From Eledone cirrhosa (Eukaryota): 64,000 nt of DNA. Positions 50,874 through 63,699 of this stretch are shown here, in pieces (position 1 is the first letter of the stretch; every line of letters starts with the position of its first letter). A program made the position numbers and the translations under genes. The DNA lies in the NCBI GenBank assembly GCA_964016885.1, contig OZ024742.1, positions 53,320,001 through 53,384,000 on the forward strand, written 5' to 3'. The notes beneath the pieces were generated by a model. That model did no database searches. It was not told where the DNA came from and saw nothing but the letters and a program-made list of their open reading frames with translations.

Positions 50874-53216
50874 AACAAGCTACTCCAGCATTTAGTAGTA
50901 GTATTTCTACTTGTTCATTTGGTAGAGCTTGATAATATTACAGTCTTAGTCTTTCTAAATGTTCCAGTCAAGTTCTAGTAGGAACCTCTTTTGTCTTCTT
51001 TTTTTGTTTATTTTATAGCTGGTCCATAATATTTTCTCAGGTCAACTGTAATGCAACATCTTAAAATATCAAAACTACGATGATAAAGATGAGATTTTAA
51101 GAGTTTAATATGAAAGGATTGACATATTCTACATTAAACAGAAGTGACATTTCATATTTGCCTTTGTTTAACATTCCTTTAGTATCTAAGAATCTGTTCA
51201 ACCCATATGACAACATCCTGTATATCCTATTGATTAATGATCTCACCATATTTTTATGACTGTTTAGATGGATAATTTTCATGGTTTATTTTCCGATTTG
51301 TCAAACCACAGAGAAATTCATTCTCTGCAACCAAAATAGTTTGTCTAATGTTATTTGCCAAAAACACTTAAATTTATTGATTGACTTTTAGCCTATTTTG
51401 CTAAATTGTATGAGCTGTATTTGTATTTGAATGAGTAGAATTATAGTGTAAGATGGTTTAACAGCTTCCAATATTTGTAACATTTTGCTGCATTGTTGGA
51501 CAAAATTGCTGTATTTATTTAGGCTCTTCACATTCTGAGTTCAAATCCTACTGAAGTTAGCTTTTCCTTTCATCTTTCCTAGGTTGATAAAATAAAGTAT
51601 CAAATAAGTATTGGTCTCAAATTAATCGAATTTCTCTTCTCCCAATTGTTCCTAAATTAGTAAACCATATTTTACAGCATTGTGCTGTATCATGGGGCCA
51701 TACATAATTGGGTGGTTTCATTAGCGTGACAGTTTTTCTATGAGAAAGAGGTACTAACCCTTTGCTCAACCCTTCTCTATTTCTGAAGAAAGGGACACTG
51801 TGAGCTGTCACCCCAAACCCTGAATGATTCTTCTTATAGTGCAACATAGCTGATTTTGAGAAAGATGGGGGAGTGAGAGAAAAGAATTGAACTCAGTATT
51901 TGACTATTATATTTCTCAACATTGGAAGGATGAAATTCAAATTTAACCTCAGTTAGAAACTGGAGCATTTTAACAAATACTACAAGGTATTCTACTTGAT
52001 GCCTTAACAACTCTTACAATTTACTCTGATTCTAATATTTTGTAGAATTTGTGAGTCAAAAAGGGAGCCTTAATGTGTTTCCTCATTCTGTTAGAAGTAA
52101 CAACCAAATTTCTCTAAAATCAGAATTTACTGTTTCAAAAAAAGAAGAGTACTTTGTATAACATAATCTTAAATTGTTGTTTTCAATGTAGTTTAGTCAC
52201 AAAGCAGCACTGATGAAACTTTTCATGGCTTCCAAGACTATTGGGAGAAAATAGCAAAGGTATCTTCAAACCAGAGCCCTGATCCAAAAGCTTGTAAGAG
52301 AAGACTTTGCTAAATATATTCAATGGCTAGATATTAGAGTTAAACTGGGTGATGGAATAAGTCTACAACTCAAACCAATTGAAATAGAAAACCTTTTATG
52401 TATCTTTACCTACAGCTGCTGAAATATAATTGGTTATAAAGATACAATTAGCTCTTTTTTTTTTTTTTTTATTCCAATCTATCTAAGGTCACATCACATT
52501 CTATGATAGAAGGCTGCCTGTTTTAAAGGGTTCATATTTGAATTTAAAACTTTCCATCATAAATTTATGTTTGAATCTTTTATGTTCCAATCAGCAGCTT
52601 AATATTAATTATATTACTAAAACCTTATTAATTTTGGTTATTTACAAAATTAATTGAAATACAGGAAGTGTGTTTTGTGAGAAGTATTGTCCTGAAAATG
52701 TTAAGATACCAAGCGATGCTGGTTGCTCTCTGATAGGTTTGTGGTCAAACCTGATGTCGTGAAGACTTCTTACATTCTTGGTCTCTGGACCACCACTCTA
52801 CTCACTACTATTGGAGTAGAGTTGACCACCCACAGGAACAAGCCCTGTCAGTTGGAAGTGTCTCCCTCACCATCCTCCAGGACCATGTTTTCTCGAGTCT
52901 GCTAGGACCATGAAGTAGCCAGCACATGGGATCCTGCATGCTAGAGTATGCTCCTCGACACTACCTGGGCCTGCATCACTGGGCTAATGATGTTAAGTTG
53001 TACTGTTGTCGAAAGAGTTACATATATACATTGAAATTCTTATACTAAAACCAGCTGACCATTTCAAATTGTCATGAGTTCTGGTATTTACTAAAACTAT
53101 TGTGTTTTCTTCATTTGGTAATAATCTCAGCCTGCCTGACTGATAAACAGGTTCCAATTCTATTTTATTGATTCATTGATTATTCAGAGAATTGGGATGA
53201 GAGTGATAAATATTTG

Positions 53217-53324
53217 TTTCTTCTTCTTCTTCTTCTTCTTCTTCTTCTTCTTCTTCTTCTTCTTCTTCTTCTTCTTCTTCTTCTTCTTCTTCTTCTTCTT
53301 CTTCGTTAATAGCAACCCTCTCCA
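53217..53324. repeat. (TTC)n microsatellite
   Basis: Perfect trinucleotide run. Confidence 0.95.
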
Positions 53325-53514
53325 GGTGAATCCCCAAGTGATATCAACTGAGATCATGGATGTTATCCAATCATCTTGCTCGGGAACTACCCCTGGATCG
53401 CCTGCCGGCTGGTTTTGCTTATAAAAATTTGTCCAGTGATTCTTTTCTGAGACATTCTAACAACATGTCCATAGTATCGAAGCTGTGATCTCTCAAGATA
53501 TGCTAAGTGTCTGG

Positions 53515-53830
53515 CAAAGAGATGTAAGGAGATTGTCAATTCCAAGCTAGCTGATGACCAGTGTGATTTTCACCCCAGATGCAGCACATTTGACCAAATA
53601 TTCACACTGTAGCAGGTCTTTGAGAAATTGTTGTAGTACTGCCAAGAGGTATATTCTTGCTTTGTAGACCACAGAAAGGCTTATCACCTTATTCTATTGG
53701 ACCTGCTGTGGAAGGTTCTGCAGGAGTATGGGATCAATGATCAACTTCTTACTGCCCTTAATGCCCGTGTATTTGCGTTTGGATAAATGGGTCTAAATCA
53801 AAACCATTTAATGTGGGAGTCAGAAAGTTG
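53515..53830 (+). mobile_element. RTE RT fragment
   Basis: DQCDF..STFDQIFTL..CFVD.RKAY..LWKVLQEYGI..FNVGV. Confidence 0.65.
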
Positions 53831-55399
53831 ATTATATTGACACCAGTAATTAACTAGTACTTTTTTATTGATCCCGGAAGTGTGAAAGGCAAAGTTGATT
53901 TCAGTAGGATTCAAACTCAGAATATAGAAATTCATAACTAAATGCTGCAATGCATTTTATCAGATGCTCTACCAACTCTGCCAATCCACTGCCCTATATA
54001 CTACAATAATAATGGTTATAAGAATTTTTAGGATTGGTTTGCTATTTTATTGATTAGCTTCAGATAGTTATTCTTAGCACTGCTCACACTTGCTTTAAAC
54101 ATGAGATAAAACATGATTTGATGATCTGTGTTTGTTTTGTTTTGGTTTTTGTATTTGTTATTTTTTTTAAAGTTGAGCTACTTGTAATGGAGCAATTAAA
54201 AAACATAGCTATTGATCTATAAATATATAATTTAATTGTGGAAATAAGGTTTTAAGTATTTTAGATCTGCTTTTAAATTCTTCCATTAAAAGTTACATGT
54301 TACATACTATTGATATGATCACTGTGTATTTTATGTATCGATCTACAAGTTTATATCTACTTGTCTATCGATCTATTTGTTTATCCATCAAGCTTATCAT
54401 ATTGTTTCAACAATCTGTCTGATGTACCAACACGTATACACTCACTTACCTGCCTACCAATGTACCCACACATACCTATCTACCCTCCCACTCACCTATC
54501 TACTCTCAGATGAAAACAAGCATTGTCAACAAATACACTCACCTACCCACCCATATACTCACACATTCACTCACCCACCTATTCATTCTCAGATGAAAAC
54601 AAGCACTGTCATGTAATTACATGTCAAATCCCAGATGAGGGGTTTAGCACTACAGAAGAGGAAGATTGTGATGCCATCTGACCTTTTGCAATCTGCTCGG
54701 TTAAACTCCAAAGCTTTGAGCTGTGATGGGAGGCCAGCAGTGTCCAAGACATGCTTAAATCTTCTGTTTTCTTTCCATTATATATTTCATATTTCCTATG
54801 GGGAAATGAAGATTTTCCAAAAATGCTGACATAACAAATTGAAATATGAGAGAGTAAGGAGCTGGTTAAAAATAAGTCTAAACTAACATCATTTTATGGG
54901 GATAGGGGTGGAATATGTATATATCTACGTATATATACATATGTGTTTCTGTGTATATTCCTATATATCTATCATCATCATCATCATTACCATTTAACAT
55001 CTATTTTCCATGCTCATATAGAATAGATGGGCTGTCATGTTATGAGGTTAGCCAGATCTGGCAAGCATGTCTTGCTCATACAGATCTGCTTTTAAGTTGG
55101 TTTTCTATAGCTGGATACCCTTCCTAATGCCAACAACATTACAGCTTATACTGGGAGATTTTCTCATGATGCCAACACTATCACTTTACCGGTTGGATTG
55201 GGTGCTTTTCATGGTGGCACCAGAACAAGGTTGATTGGGTACTTTTTTGTCATGGTACCAGCATGACCACATAACAGGGTGGACTGGGTGCTTTTTGATG
55301 TGTCACTAGTTTGTTTCATCTTGTATGTATGAGAAGAGAAGTCTTCTGCAGTATTGCATATAGCCAGAAACTCGATTCTGCATAATTCCGTTAGTAAGA

Positions 55400-56005
55400 T
55401 TTAATAGCTTTTACCACATCATCCAAAAATTTCCTAGGTCTTCCATAATTTCCAATAACTTCAAGCACCCTGCACCTTTTTAAGCAGCTGTCATACTCCA
55501 TACAGATCAAACAATCATACCATTACAGTCTCCTCTTCTGCACAATACATCTGACTCCTCTTATGCCCAGTTTCTTTCAGTTCGGTGATGTTTCGTTGTT
55601 CATGTATGCTTCTATTACATATCCATCTGAGCATGCTTACCTTATTTCTTTCTTCATAGGTCCTCTTCACACAGAGTTCAAGTTTTACTTTCATGTAGCA
55701 TTGCTATTTGCACACAAGCTTTATACAATCTGCCTTTCATTTAGAGGGAAAAACCTTTTGTAGCTAGCAGTGGCAGTAGCTCTCTGAACCTTTTCTACTC
55801 CATTCTGGTTGCTGTACTTACAGAACACCCACCTCTACTGCTAATTTGGCCACTCAGATAACAGAAGCTCTCAGTTACTTCTAGTAAGCCCTCTGAGCAT
55901 TTGATACAGCTTGTTTCATATGGGCTGCTAACTGCTCCTGTGAATCTATCATACACGAAACCTACATTCTTTGTTAGCATGCCTGAGATCTCGCTACATC
56001 TCATG
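55400..56005 (-). mobile_element. Degenerate RTE LINE 3' fragment
   Basis: Homologous to 3100-3560 (ESFCYLSGQISSRGGCS). Confidence 0.7.
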
Positions 56006-56919
56006 TATATAACTCACAGCTAGTTTTAGTTGTTGTTGTAGCTGTTGAGATTTTTGTTGTAATTGTTATGGTAGTTGTAGTTATTATTGTTGCCATTGCT
56101 GTTGACATTGTTATAGTTGTTGTGGTAGTTATAGTTGTTGCTGTTGTTATAATTGTTGTGGTTGTTGTAGCTGCTGTTGTGATTGTTGTTGTAGTTGTAA
56201 ATATCTCAGCTGCATTCCGTGGACAAATTAGGAAAGGTATTGCTGTGAGGAACAGCCAGAAACACCTGCTGCATCAGCCACTCCACTTAATGGTGTTATT
56301 TTCTTAGAAAGGATACACTCATCTCAATTTTGCAGAGGAAAACGGCATTTCAGTGACTGACCAGAGATCTTGATGGTAACCATCATAAAAAGGAAGAGGT
56401 TAGTCAAGACCCATTATTGGACTATCACTGATCCTCAAGTGACAACCTTGGAGATGGAGAATTTGTCACAGCAAGTGGTGTTCTAGATTAGAAATTTATT
56501 TCTCTCAAACAGGGAAAGGGTTATCTTGTCTATACTAGACAATTTAAATCTAAATATGAAGATTTTAAAGAGGGCAGTTTAATTATAGTGGGTTATGTCA
56601 AAGGGATTTTGACTGTGAAGGTTTTAATGAGGGTAGTTTTATCATAGTGAGTTGGTATCCAAAGGGTTAATACTATGAATGTTTTAAAGAGAACAGTTTT
56701 ATTATAGAACTTGAGATGGTTGTGGACAGTTTGGTATCAAATAAGATTGTAGGATGTATTTCAAGTGAAATTTGGATACTACCTTCAGCAGGTCAAGTGA
56801 CCACATACAGGAGCTTTCATTAGCATATAGCAATTATGTGTGATCTTGTTATTATTGTGATGATGGTTGATGATGTTGCTGTTGTTGATGTGGTTTATAT
56901 ACTTTTGGTTAGAGCTGAA

Positions 56920-57175
56920 GTGTTGATTTTGTTGTGGTTGTTGTTGTTATTATGATTGCTGTTGTTATTATAGTTTTTGTGGTTATTGTGGTTTTGGTTG
57001 TTGTTGTTATGGTTGTTGTTATTATAATTGTTGTGGTTATTGTTGTTTTGGTTGTTGTTGTGGCTGTTGTTAAGGTTATTGTTGTTATTATTGTTGCTAT
57101 TATCTTTGTTGTTGTTGTTGCTGTCATTATGTTTATTGTGATTGTTATTATTGTTGTTGAGGTTGTGATGATTTA
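56920..57175. repeat. (GTT)n low-complexity tract (also 56025-56200)
   Basis: Direct reading. Confidence 0.85.
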
Positions 57176-57981
57176 GCTGAAAATATCTAAAAACAGGTTT
57201 GTTAATTCCAATATTTGCACTATCTTTATTAAGGGACAGATAATTGTCAACATTCGCAGTAAACTAAAGTAAAGACTTTAATATATCACATGATGCGGTC
57301 ATAATGCTGTTTTGTAGTTTTTCAAGGCTGTCTTGTTAATGTGGTTTGATGTGGTACAGGATGTTAAGAGTTAAGCTCTGGTTATTGTTGTTGATGTGTT
57401 TTATGTCATTTCTATCGATATGACTGATGTGTTGATATTGTTGTTCTTATAGTTGTTGTGGTTGTTGTTATGGCTGTTATTGTGGTTGATGCAAGGCCAT
57501 ATTAAGTCCTTTTGAAGCCCTAAACACTGTAATGGTTATGATGTGCACTACACACACACATATGCACTGCCGCCGCCGCTGCCACCACCTCCATCCTCCC
57601 TTAAATATAAAGTCTGCAAATCATTGGGGTTTTTTTCAAGGGGAAATGTTAGGAAATGACAAACACTATGAATAAAATGGCACCCCTCTTCCTTTGATGG
57701 CCTCTTATGGAGACTTCTGGCATTGTTGGTCCCTGGACCACTTCCCTACTTGATACTATTGGAGCAGAGTTGGCCACTCCCAAGAGTGAGCCCCACCAGT
57801 TGGAATGGCTATTCCAATGCATCTCCCTCACCATCCTCCAGGGCAAAGTTTTACCCATTCTGTCCTCCATTGGGACCATGTGATGGCCTGCACATGGGCT
57901 CCCACTCACCCGCATCATTGATATAGCCGTAATCAGTTGTACTCTTGTTGAATTACACCTATTACTTAACAAAGGTTCCTA

Positions 57982-58190
57982 CGAGGGTTGGCTGAAAAGT
58001 TCATAGGCTGACCAAGATACTCTCATGGAATGACCAAATGAGGTTTATTTTGCAACATAATCCTTAGAAAAAAAAACAAAAAAAACAATGCAGTTATTAA
58101 TTAGAATAGTTGAAATTAATGCATGCAAGATTTCACAGCCCTAGCATCACTCTTTCATAGTCAGCCTATGAAATGTTCAGCTGACCCTTG
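57982..58190. mobile_element. Mariner-derived MITE
   Basis: TA|cgagggttggctgaaaagttcataggctgac...gtcagcctatgaaatgttcagctgacccttg|TA, ~31-bp TIRs. Confidence 0.8.
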
Positions 58191-59199
58191 TATATAAAAC
58201 ATTAAAATTGTTTTCTACTAACAGCAAAGAGCAAACAAATGCATAAGTCCACTTTTGTAAGTTATCCACTTTTGTAAGTTATCTTACTAAGTCTCTCTAC
58301 CCTGTAGGTATTGCTGTAGGTATTGTCTGGCTTAATAGTTGATCCAGCCTCAGCCCTCTATATAAATTTTATCAGTTAAATCTCTTTCAAATTTAACTCT
58401 TTCTTTCTTAAAACTGGATGACTAGATAGGATAAAGCAGTCATTGATGGGATTGATGTTAGTAGCAGTTAGTAATGGTAGTTATTCAACTTTTTTAGGGT
58501 TTCGTTGTTGATGTTTAGCCAGATGTCAATGAAAAGAACATTTTACTGTAAATATACTTTTCTGACTATGTAAATGTTCAAACTCAATGTTTTCCCAACC
58601 AAAATATTATATGTATGTATGTCAGGTCGCTCTCGGGTGCTACTAGTAACATGTAACCCAGTACAATCTGTCTCATGGTCAGGTCATCGGTGACTAAACC
58701 GGCAACCCCACCAAACTTGCTTGGTGTGAAGTGTGATATTTGGACACCCTGCAGGATGAAATACAAGACCCGGCAAAGGGTGGAGGAACCAGCAGATTCA
58801 ATGGCCATCCAAATAGTACTTTTTTTTTTTTTCACTTGGGAGTGAAAGGCCCCCAATTGTTGTCACAACACCTTTCTAAGAGAGGGAATCTTTGAAAAAA
58901 AAAACCTGCAGCTTCAGAAGCATTCGATGATGTTGACCAGTTCTCCTTTTCGGGTACTATTTTTGATGCTCAGAGAGTGGCATTGGTCAAGTGCAAGGCC
59001 TTTTCCCACTTAAAAAACCTTCAAAGCACAGGCATTGCTTGTTCAGGATCTGTTACAGGTTTGTGTGGCTGGCGGTAGCCTAAAAGTGCACCAAACTCTA
59101 TAATCTGACAAGCGATTGCAATACAGAGTTTGAAGCCATCACGTATGTAAGCATGCATGTATACATGCATGCATTCATAAATCTTTGAAGGGAGTGGGG

Positions 59200-59345
59200 A
59201 AAAGAGTGTCTCAGTTGGTGAATGAAAACGCCATTTAAAAGTGCACCAAAACAGCACTGTATTTCTTACCATGGGAGGCCCCCATCGTTGCAACGTTTGT
59301 GCAAGAGTGTGCAAGTCCCTAACAGATCTAAAAAGCCAAGTCCAT
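59200..59345 (+). mobile_element. LINE C-terminal C2H2-like fragment
   Basis: PHRCNVCARVCKSLTDLKS resembles the terminal zinc finger of RTE-like ORF2. Confidence 0.4.
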
Positions 59346-59617
59346 GTTACTCATGTTTAAGTATCAAGCAATAGCATTATTCAAAATCGATTTACAGCCA
59401 TTATGTATGTATGTGTGTGTGTGTAGGTATGTATGTGTGTGTATGTGAATGTACGTATGGATGTGTGTGTATGCATGTATGTGTGTGTATGTTAGTATGT
59501 GTATGTGTGTGTATGTTGGTATGTGTATGTGTGTGTATATATATAAATATAATTATTATTTTTATATATAATGCCACAAGGTAGCACTGGAATGAGTCTT
59601 AATAGATTACTAAGCCA

Positions 59618-59672
59618 GCATACTAACGTTTCAACCAGTTGCAGAGCTCTACAACTAGTTAACAGAACACGC
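59618..59672 (-). ncRNA. Degenerate hammerhead motif
   Basis: gcgtgtt-CTGTTAA-ctagttgtag agct ctgcaactgg tt-GAA-ACGT-T-agtatgc, with two core mismatches. Confidence 0.45.
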
Positions 59673-60177
59673 CTGCATACCAACGACTAGTAAAACCCCA
59701 TATTATATAAAGGAATAAAAACTGCATAATATAATGTAAATCAGCCTGTAAGGCAGTTCATCAAACTAGAGAAATCTCTTATCATGCAACTTAAGAAATA
59801 ATATAGATGAGAAAGAAATATCTCTTTGTAGAATAAAAATAATGAAAAGGAGCTTTAGAAAAAATATATGTCCTAATCATTCTTTCAAGAAAAGAAGAAA
59901 AGAATAGCTCCAAGGTATTGTCTTACCTGATCAAATCTTGTTTGCTTTCAATTTTAGTCTTCCTCTACATTCTTCTTTCTTTTGATGCAAGTTGCAATAG
60001 GATTAGCAGTCATATTGAAATTGTGTGTGTGTGTGTGTATATATGTGTATGTATGCATGTCTGTATGTCTGTATATTATGTGTGTATATATATATACACA
60101 CACACACACACATATATACATACATAAACCTGTATAAATACATAGTATCATCATTTACCATGTTTCTCGATATATAT

Positions 60178-60594
60178 AAGGTGGAACACTGGAAGGTAAT
60201 ATCCGTAGTGGTAGAGCACTCAGTCCATGGGACGAGTTAGATAGAAGTGGTTACACAACAGTTAGTTCACCATACCGCGAACAATTGTTTCACCTTCGCG
60301 GATCTTCAGCTCGGGATGTATATGGTTATAGGAACAGGAAGGACAACCGTACGAACGCGCATGCACAGAAACTCGGTCACTTCACACAGGCAATAGTAGA
60401 CTGCGTGCAGTTATCTTCCTTACACCCCCAGCATGCAGTCTACTATTGCCTGTGTGAAGTGACCGAGTTTCTGCGCATGCGCGTTTGTACGGTTGTCCTT
60501 CCTGTTCCTGTAACCATATACATCCCAAGCTGAAGATCCGCGAAGGTGAAACAATTGTTCTTGGTATGGTGAACTAACTGTTGTGTAACCACTT
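60178..60594 (-). mobile_element. Fold-back hammerhead element (164-bp arms + ~67-bp tail) in (TA)n
   Basis: 60245-60408 inverted versus 60431-60594, hammerhead in each arm. Confidence 0.8.
60525..60564 (+). ncRNA. Minimal type I hammerhead ribozyme
   Basis: ccaag-CTGAAGA-t cc gcgaa gg t-GAA-ACAATTGT-T-cttgg. Confidence 0.75.
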
Positions 60595-62127
60595 ATATAT
60601 ATATATATATATATAAAGGCTTTTTAGATAAAATATTAAACATGTTTACTTTTCTCATTAAACAATATGGAGACATTTTCTACTTTGTTTTACTTCAACA
60701 TTTCTGTAAACATCAGTCTGTTATATCAAGAAATAAAATAAGTATGTTATATATAGTTTACTATATAATATCATCATCACAACTGTTTAACGTCGATTTT
60801 TCCATACTAGCATGGGTTATATGAGTTGTCCCATTGTGAGACAAGCCAGATCAGATGACCATGTCTTGTTCATACAGAAATGATTTTGGCTTGGTTTCTA
60901 TGGCTGGATGCCCTTCTTAACACCAACCAGATTTACAGTGAGTACTGGGTGCTTTTTGTCGTGACACCTGCATGACCACATTACAGTGTGGGCTGGGTGT
61001 TTTTTGTCATGACACCTACATGATCACTTTACAGTGTGGACTGGGTATTTTTTGTTGTGGCACCAAAATGCCCACTTATGTTGGGAAATTCAAGCTAATT
61101 ACCTAATTACTCTAGCGTAAGTTGAAGCTTACTCACGTATTGGTTTTTGTACTAGGAGCTTATCATTTTGAAGAAACAGTTGAAGTTTCAATATTCCATC
61201 AATACTGTAACATTTAACAATATATCAATCCTATTTGCAACATTCTTGGAAGTTTAACCCTTTTACTACGAAACTGCCTAAAACACCCTGCATTTATGGT
61301 ACTAAACTGCTCATTTAAAAATGTTTATAATTATAGTGTTTTGTTTGAAGTACTACAGTGTGAATTGGACAGTAGATGTTAAAAATATGATAAGAATGAT
61401 GTTGGGTGTTACCTTGCAGTTCTTTATAGGTCCTTATATTTCTGAATAAAGTTCCTTCATAAAAAGATTAATTCATTTGGAGCTGTATTTTTGTTGTTGC
61501 TCGTAAGACCCAGTAGCTGCTGTTCCAACAGCACTGCTGGTCAAAACTCATAACCTAATCCTTGATCCCAGAAGGTGACCATAAAATCGAATGACATTCT
61601 TCCTTCTTCATAGCCAACAGTAACAGTGAGGCGAAAATTGAAGAAGAGTGAACAACATCATGCAGTACTAACCCAGAATCCACAAGGAGTCAAAGTACCT
61701 GTTTTGCCTTTAGTTTCAGAGATCAATACACAGAAGCCCTGCTTTCCAACGACCTCCAACACTACCTCCACTACCCCATCATGTTGTGACAATGTAGATA
61801 CAACTGAGGCTAGTGAGGTAGGAGAGAAAAGTACCCCAGAGAAATGTAGAGAAGAAGAAGAGAACCTGAATGAAAGACAGATAAAATATAACCAAATGAG
61901 GAAGACGAAGACAATACACACTTCTCAGAGGGAAAAAAATGATGTGGTACAATAGATATTGTAGAAATGTCTTTGTAAATGAAGATCAATTAAACAAAGA
62001 GTTCAGGAAGACCTCAAGCGATAGACTTCTGATAGAAGTAATCCTTACTTATTCTCATGCACTAATGAAGGGCAGTGAATTGGCAGAATTATTTGAAATA
62101 AAACTTGATTATTATCATGCACTAAAG

Positions 62128-62336
62128 AAGGATGGTGGATTGGCAGAATCTTTATAGCATTGGACTACATGTTTATCAGTATTTGTCCTGAGTTCAAATC
62201 CTATCGATGTCAACTTTGCCTTTCATTCCTTTTAGGTCAATAAAATAAAGTACTAGTAAAGTACTAGGATTGTTAAAATAGACTCCAAGTTTCTTCTCCC
62301 CAGAAATTGTTGACTTTGTGCCTAAATTAAAAATCC
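62128..62336 (+). mobile_element. Nin/Deu-type SINE with 16-bp TSD
   Basis: TSD ttatcatgcactaaag at ~62112-62127 and 62337-62352. Confidence 0.75.
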
Positions 62337-63232
62337 TTATCATGCACTAAAGGAAAGTATCTAGAAGACATGGGAATCTTTTTCATTTGTCCCCACAAAG
62401 GATGCTAATGAGTACTTTTGGATGGCCAAGACTACACTACAAACAAGAGATAGTGGACAAAGATATGAGGGTCCTTAAATGCAACCTAAGTAGTCAGTTC
62501 TCATCTTTGTTTGGGTGGAAACTTTATTATTTTTTTTTTATTATGTACCTTTCTTAAATAATATCCTGTTTTATTTATTATGTATTTCCTCCAGAGTTAT
62601 ATGTAAACACTCCTTTCAGACATGAAGGATCTTGGGTTTTGTATCTAGAAACTTCCCTTCTGAAGCACAAATCTGGGCTAGGTGTTTCTTGAGAAAGACC
62701 TACAGTCACCCATGCATACCAGTCTCTCCTCTCTACACCAGAAACGTTGATGCAGCTTGGCACCAGAAACGTTGCAACTCGTTTCTGCAGCTGAGTAGAC
62801 AGCCCAAGAGGGATAAGGTTTTGAGTTCAAATCCTATTGAGGTCAACCTTGCCTTTCATTTTTTTGGGTCACTAAAATAAAGTAGCAGTCAGGTAGTTTA
62901 GTTTGACAGTCAGGGACGATTTAACCAATAGTATTTTTAATGCCCTCCCTCTCCCTCTCTCCGCCTCTCTTCTCTCTCACTTTCTCACACTCTCTTTCTC
63001 TGTCTCCTTATCTCTCACTCTCTCTTTCACCTCACAATGTCTATGGCCTTCTGCCTGAACTAGATGGAACAACAGAGTACAAAACTAAATGCCGTCTGTT
63101 ACCTGGTTACTGAGCCTTTATGTTCAGAGTTCAAATTCTATTGGGATCAATTGAATTCACTTATAGCAATCCCACAAGATTTGTGGCCTTGTGCCTTAAT
63201 GTTAGAAACCATTATTAATATTAATTATCATA

Positions 63233-63281
<49 letters not shown>
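63233..63281. repeat. (TAT)n microsatellite
   Basis: Direct reading. Confidence 0.95.
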
Positions 63282-63282
<1 letters not shown>

Positions 63283-63699
63283 GAATGGTTTGCACAGTAA
63301 ATATGATAATTACTGGGTCTTCTACTGCCTATCAGGTCTCAACAAGGACCTTAGACAGACAGTACATTCCTGAGTATATGTGCACTGACCAATTATTATT
63401 ATTTGTTTCTTTCTTTCTTTTTTTATTATTTTTTATTACATATTTCCTTTTGTTTTCAAACCGATTTAAAAAAAAATATATATCTAACTTCTAAAACCTG
63501 GTCAATACAGGCGACCTTCGGTGCACTGGTTGACCTTTGATTTTGGCTGCTCTGCTGCTTATTGGTGTGAGACAGATTCTGAGACTGACCATTGTTTTAA
63601 AATGATTTAGGAGAACATGAAGAAATCTGAGAATTATGAGTCACCAACTTGCTTGAAGTCAGATCCTTTACCCAGGTAATCCCACCTCCCTAACTCCCT

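Noticed and set aside
61626-62157. ORFs of 109 and 72 aa as host exons
   Set aside because: Frameshifted and interrupted by SINEs; more like a decayed LINE N-terminus, family not assignable
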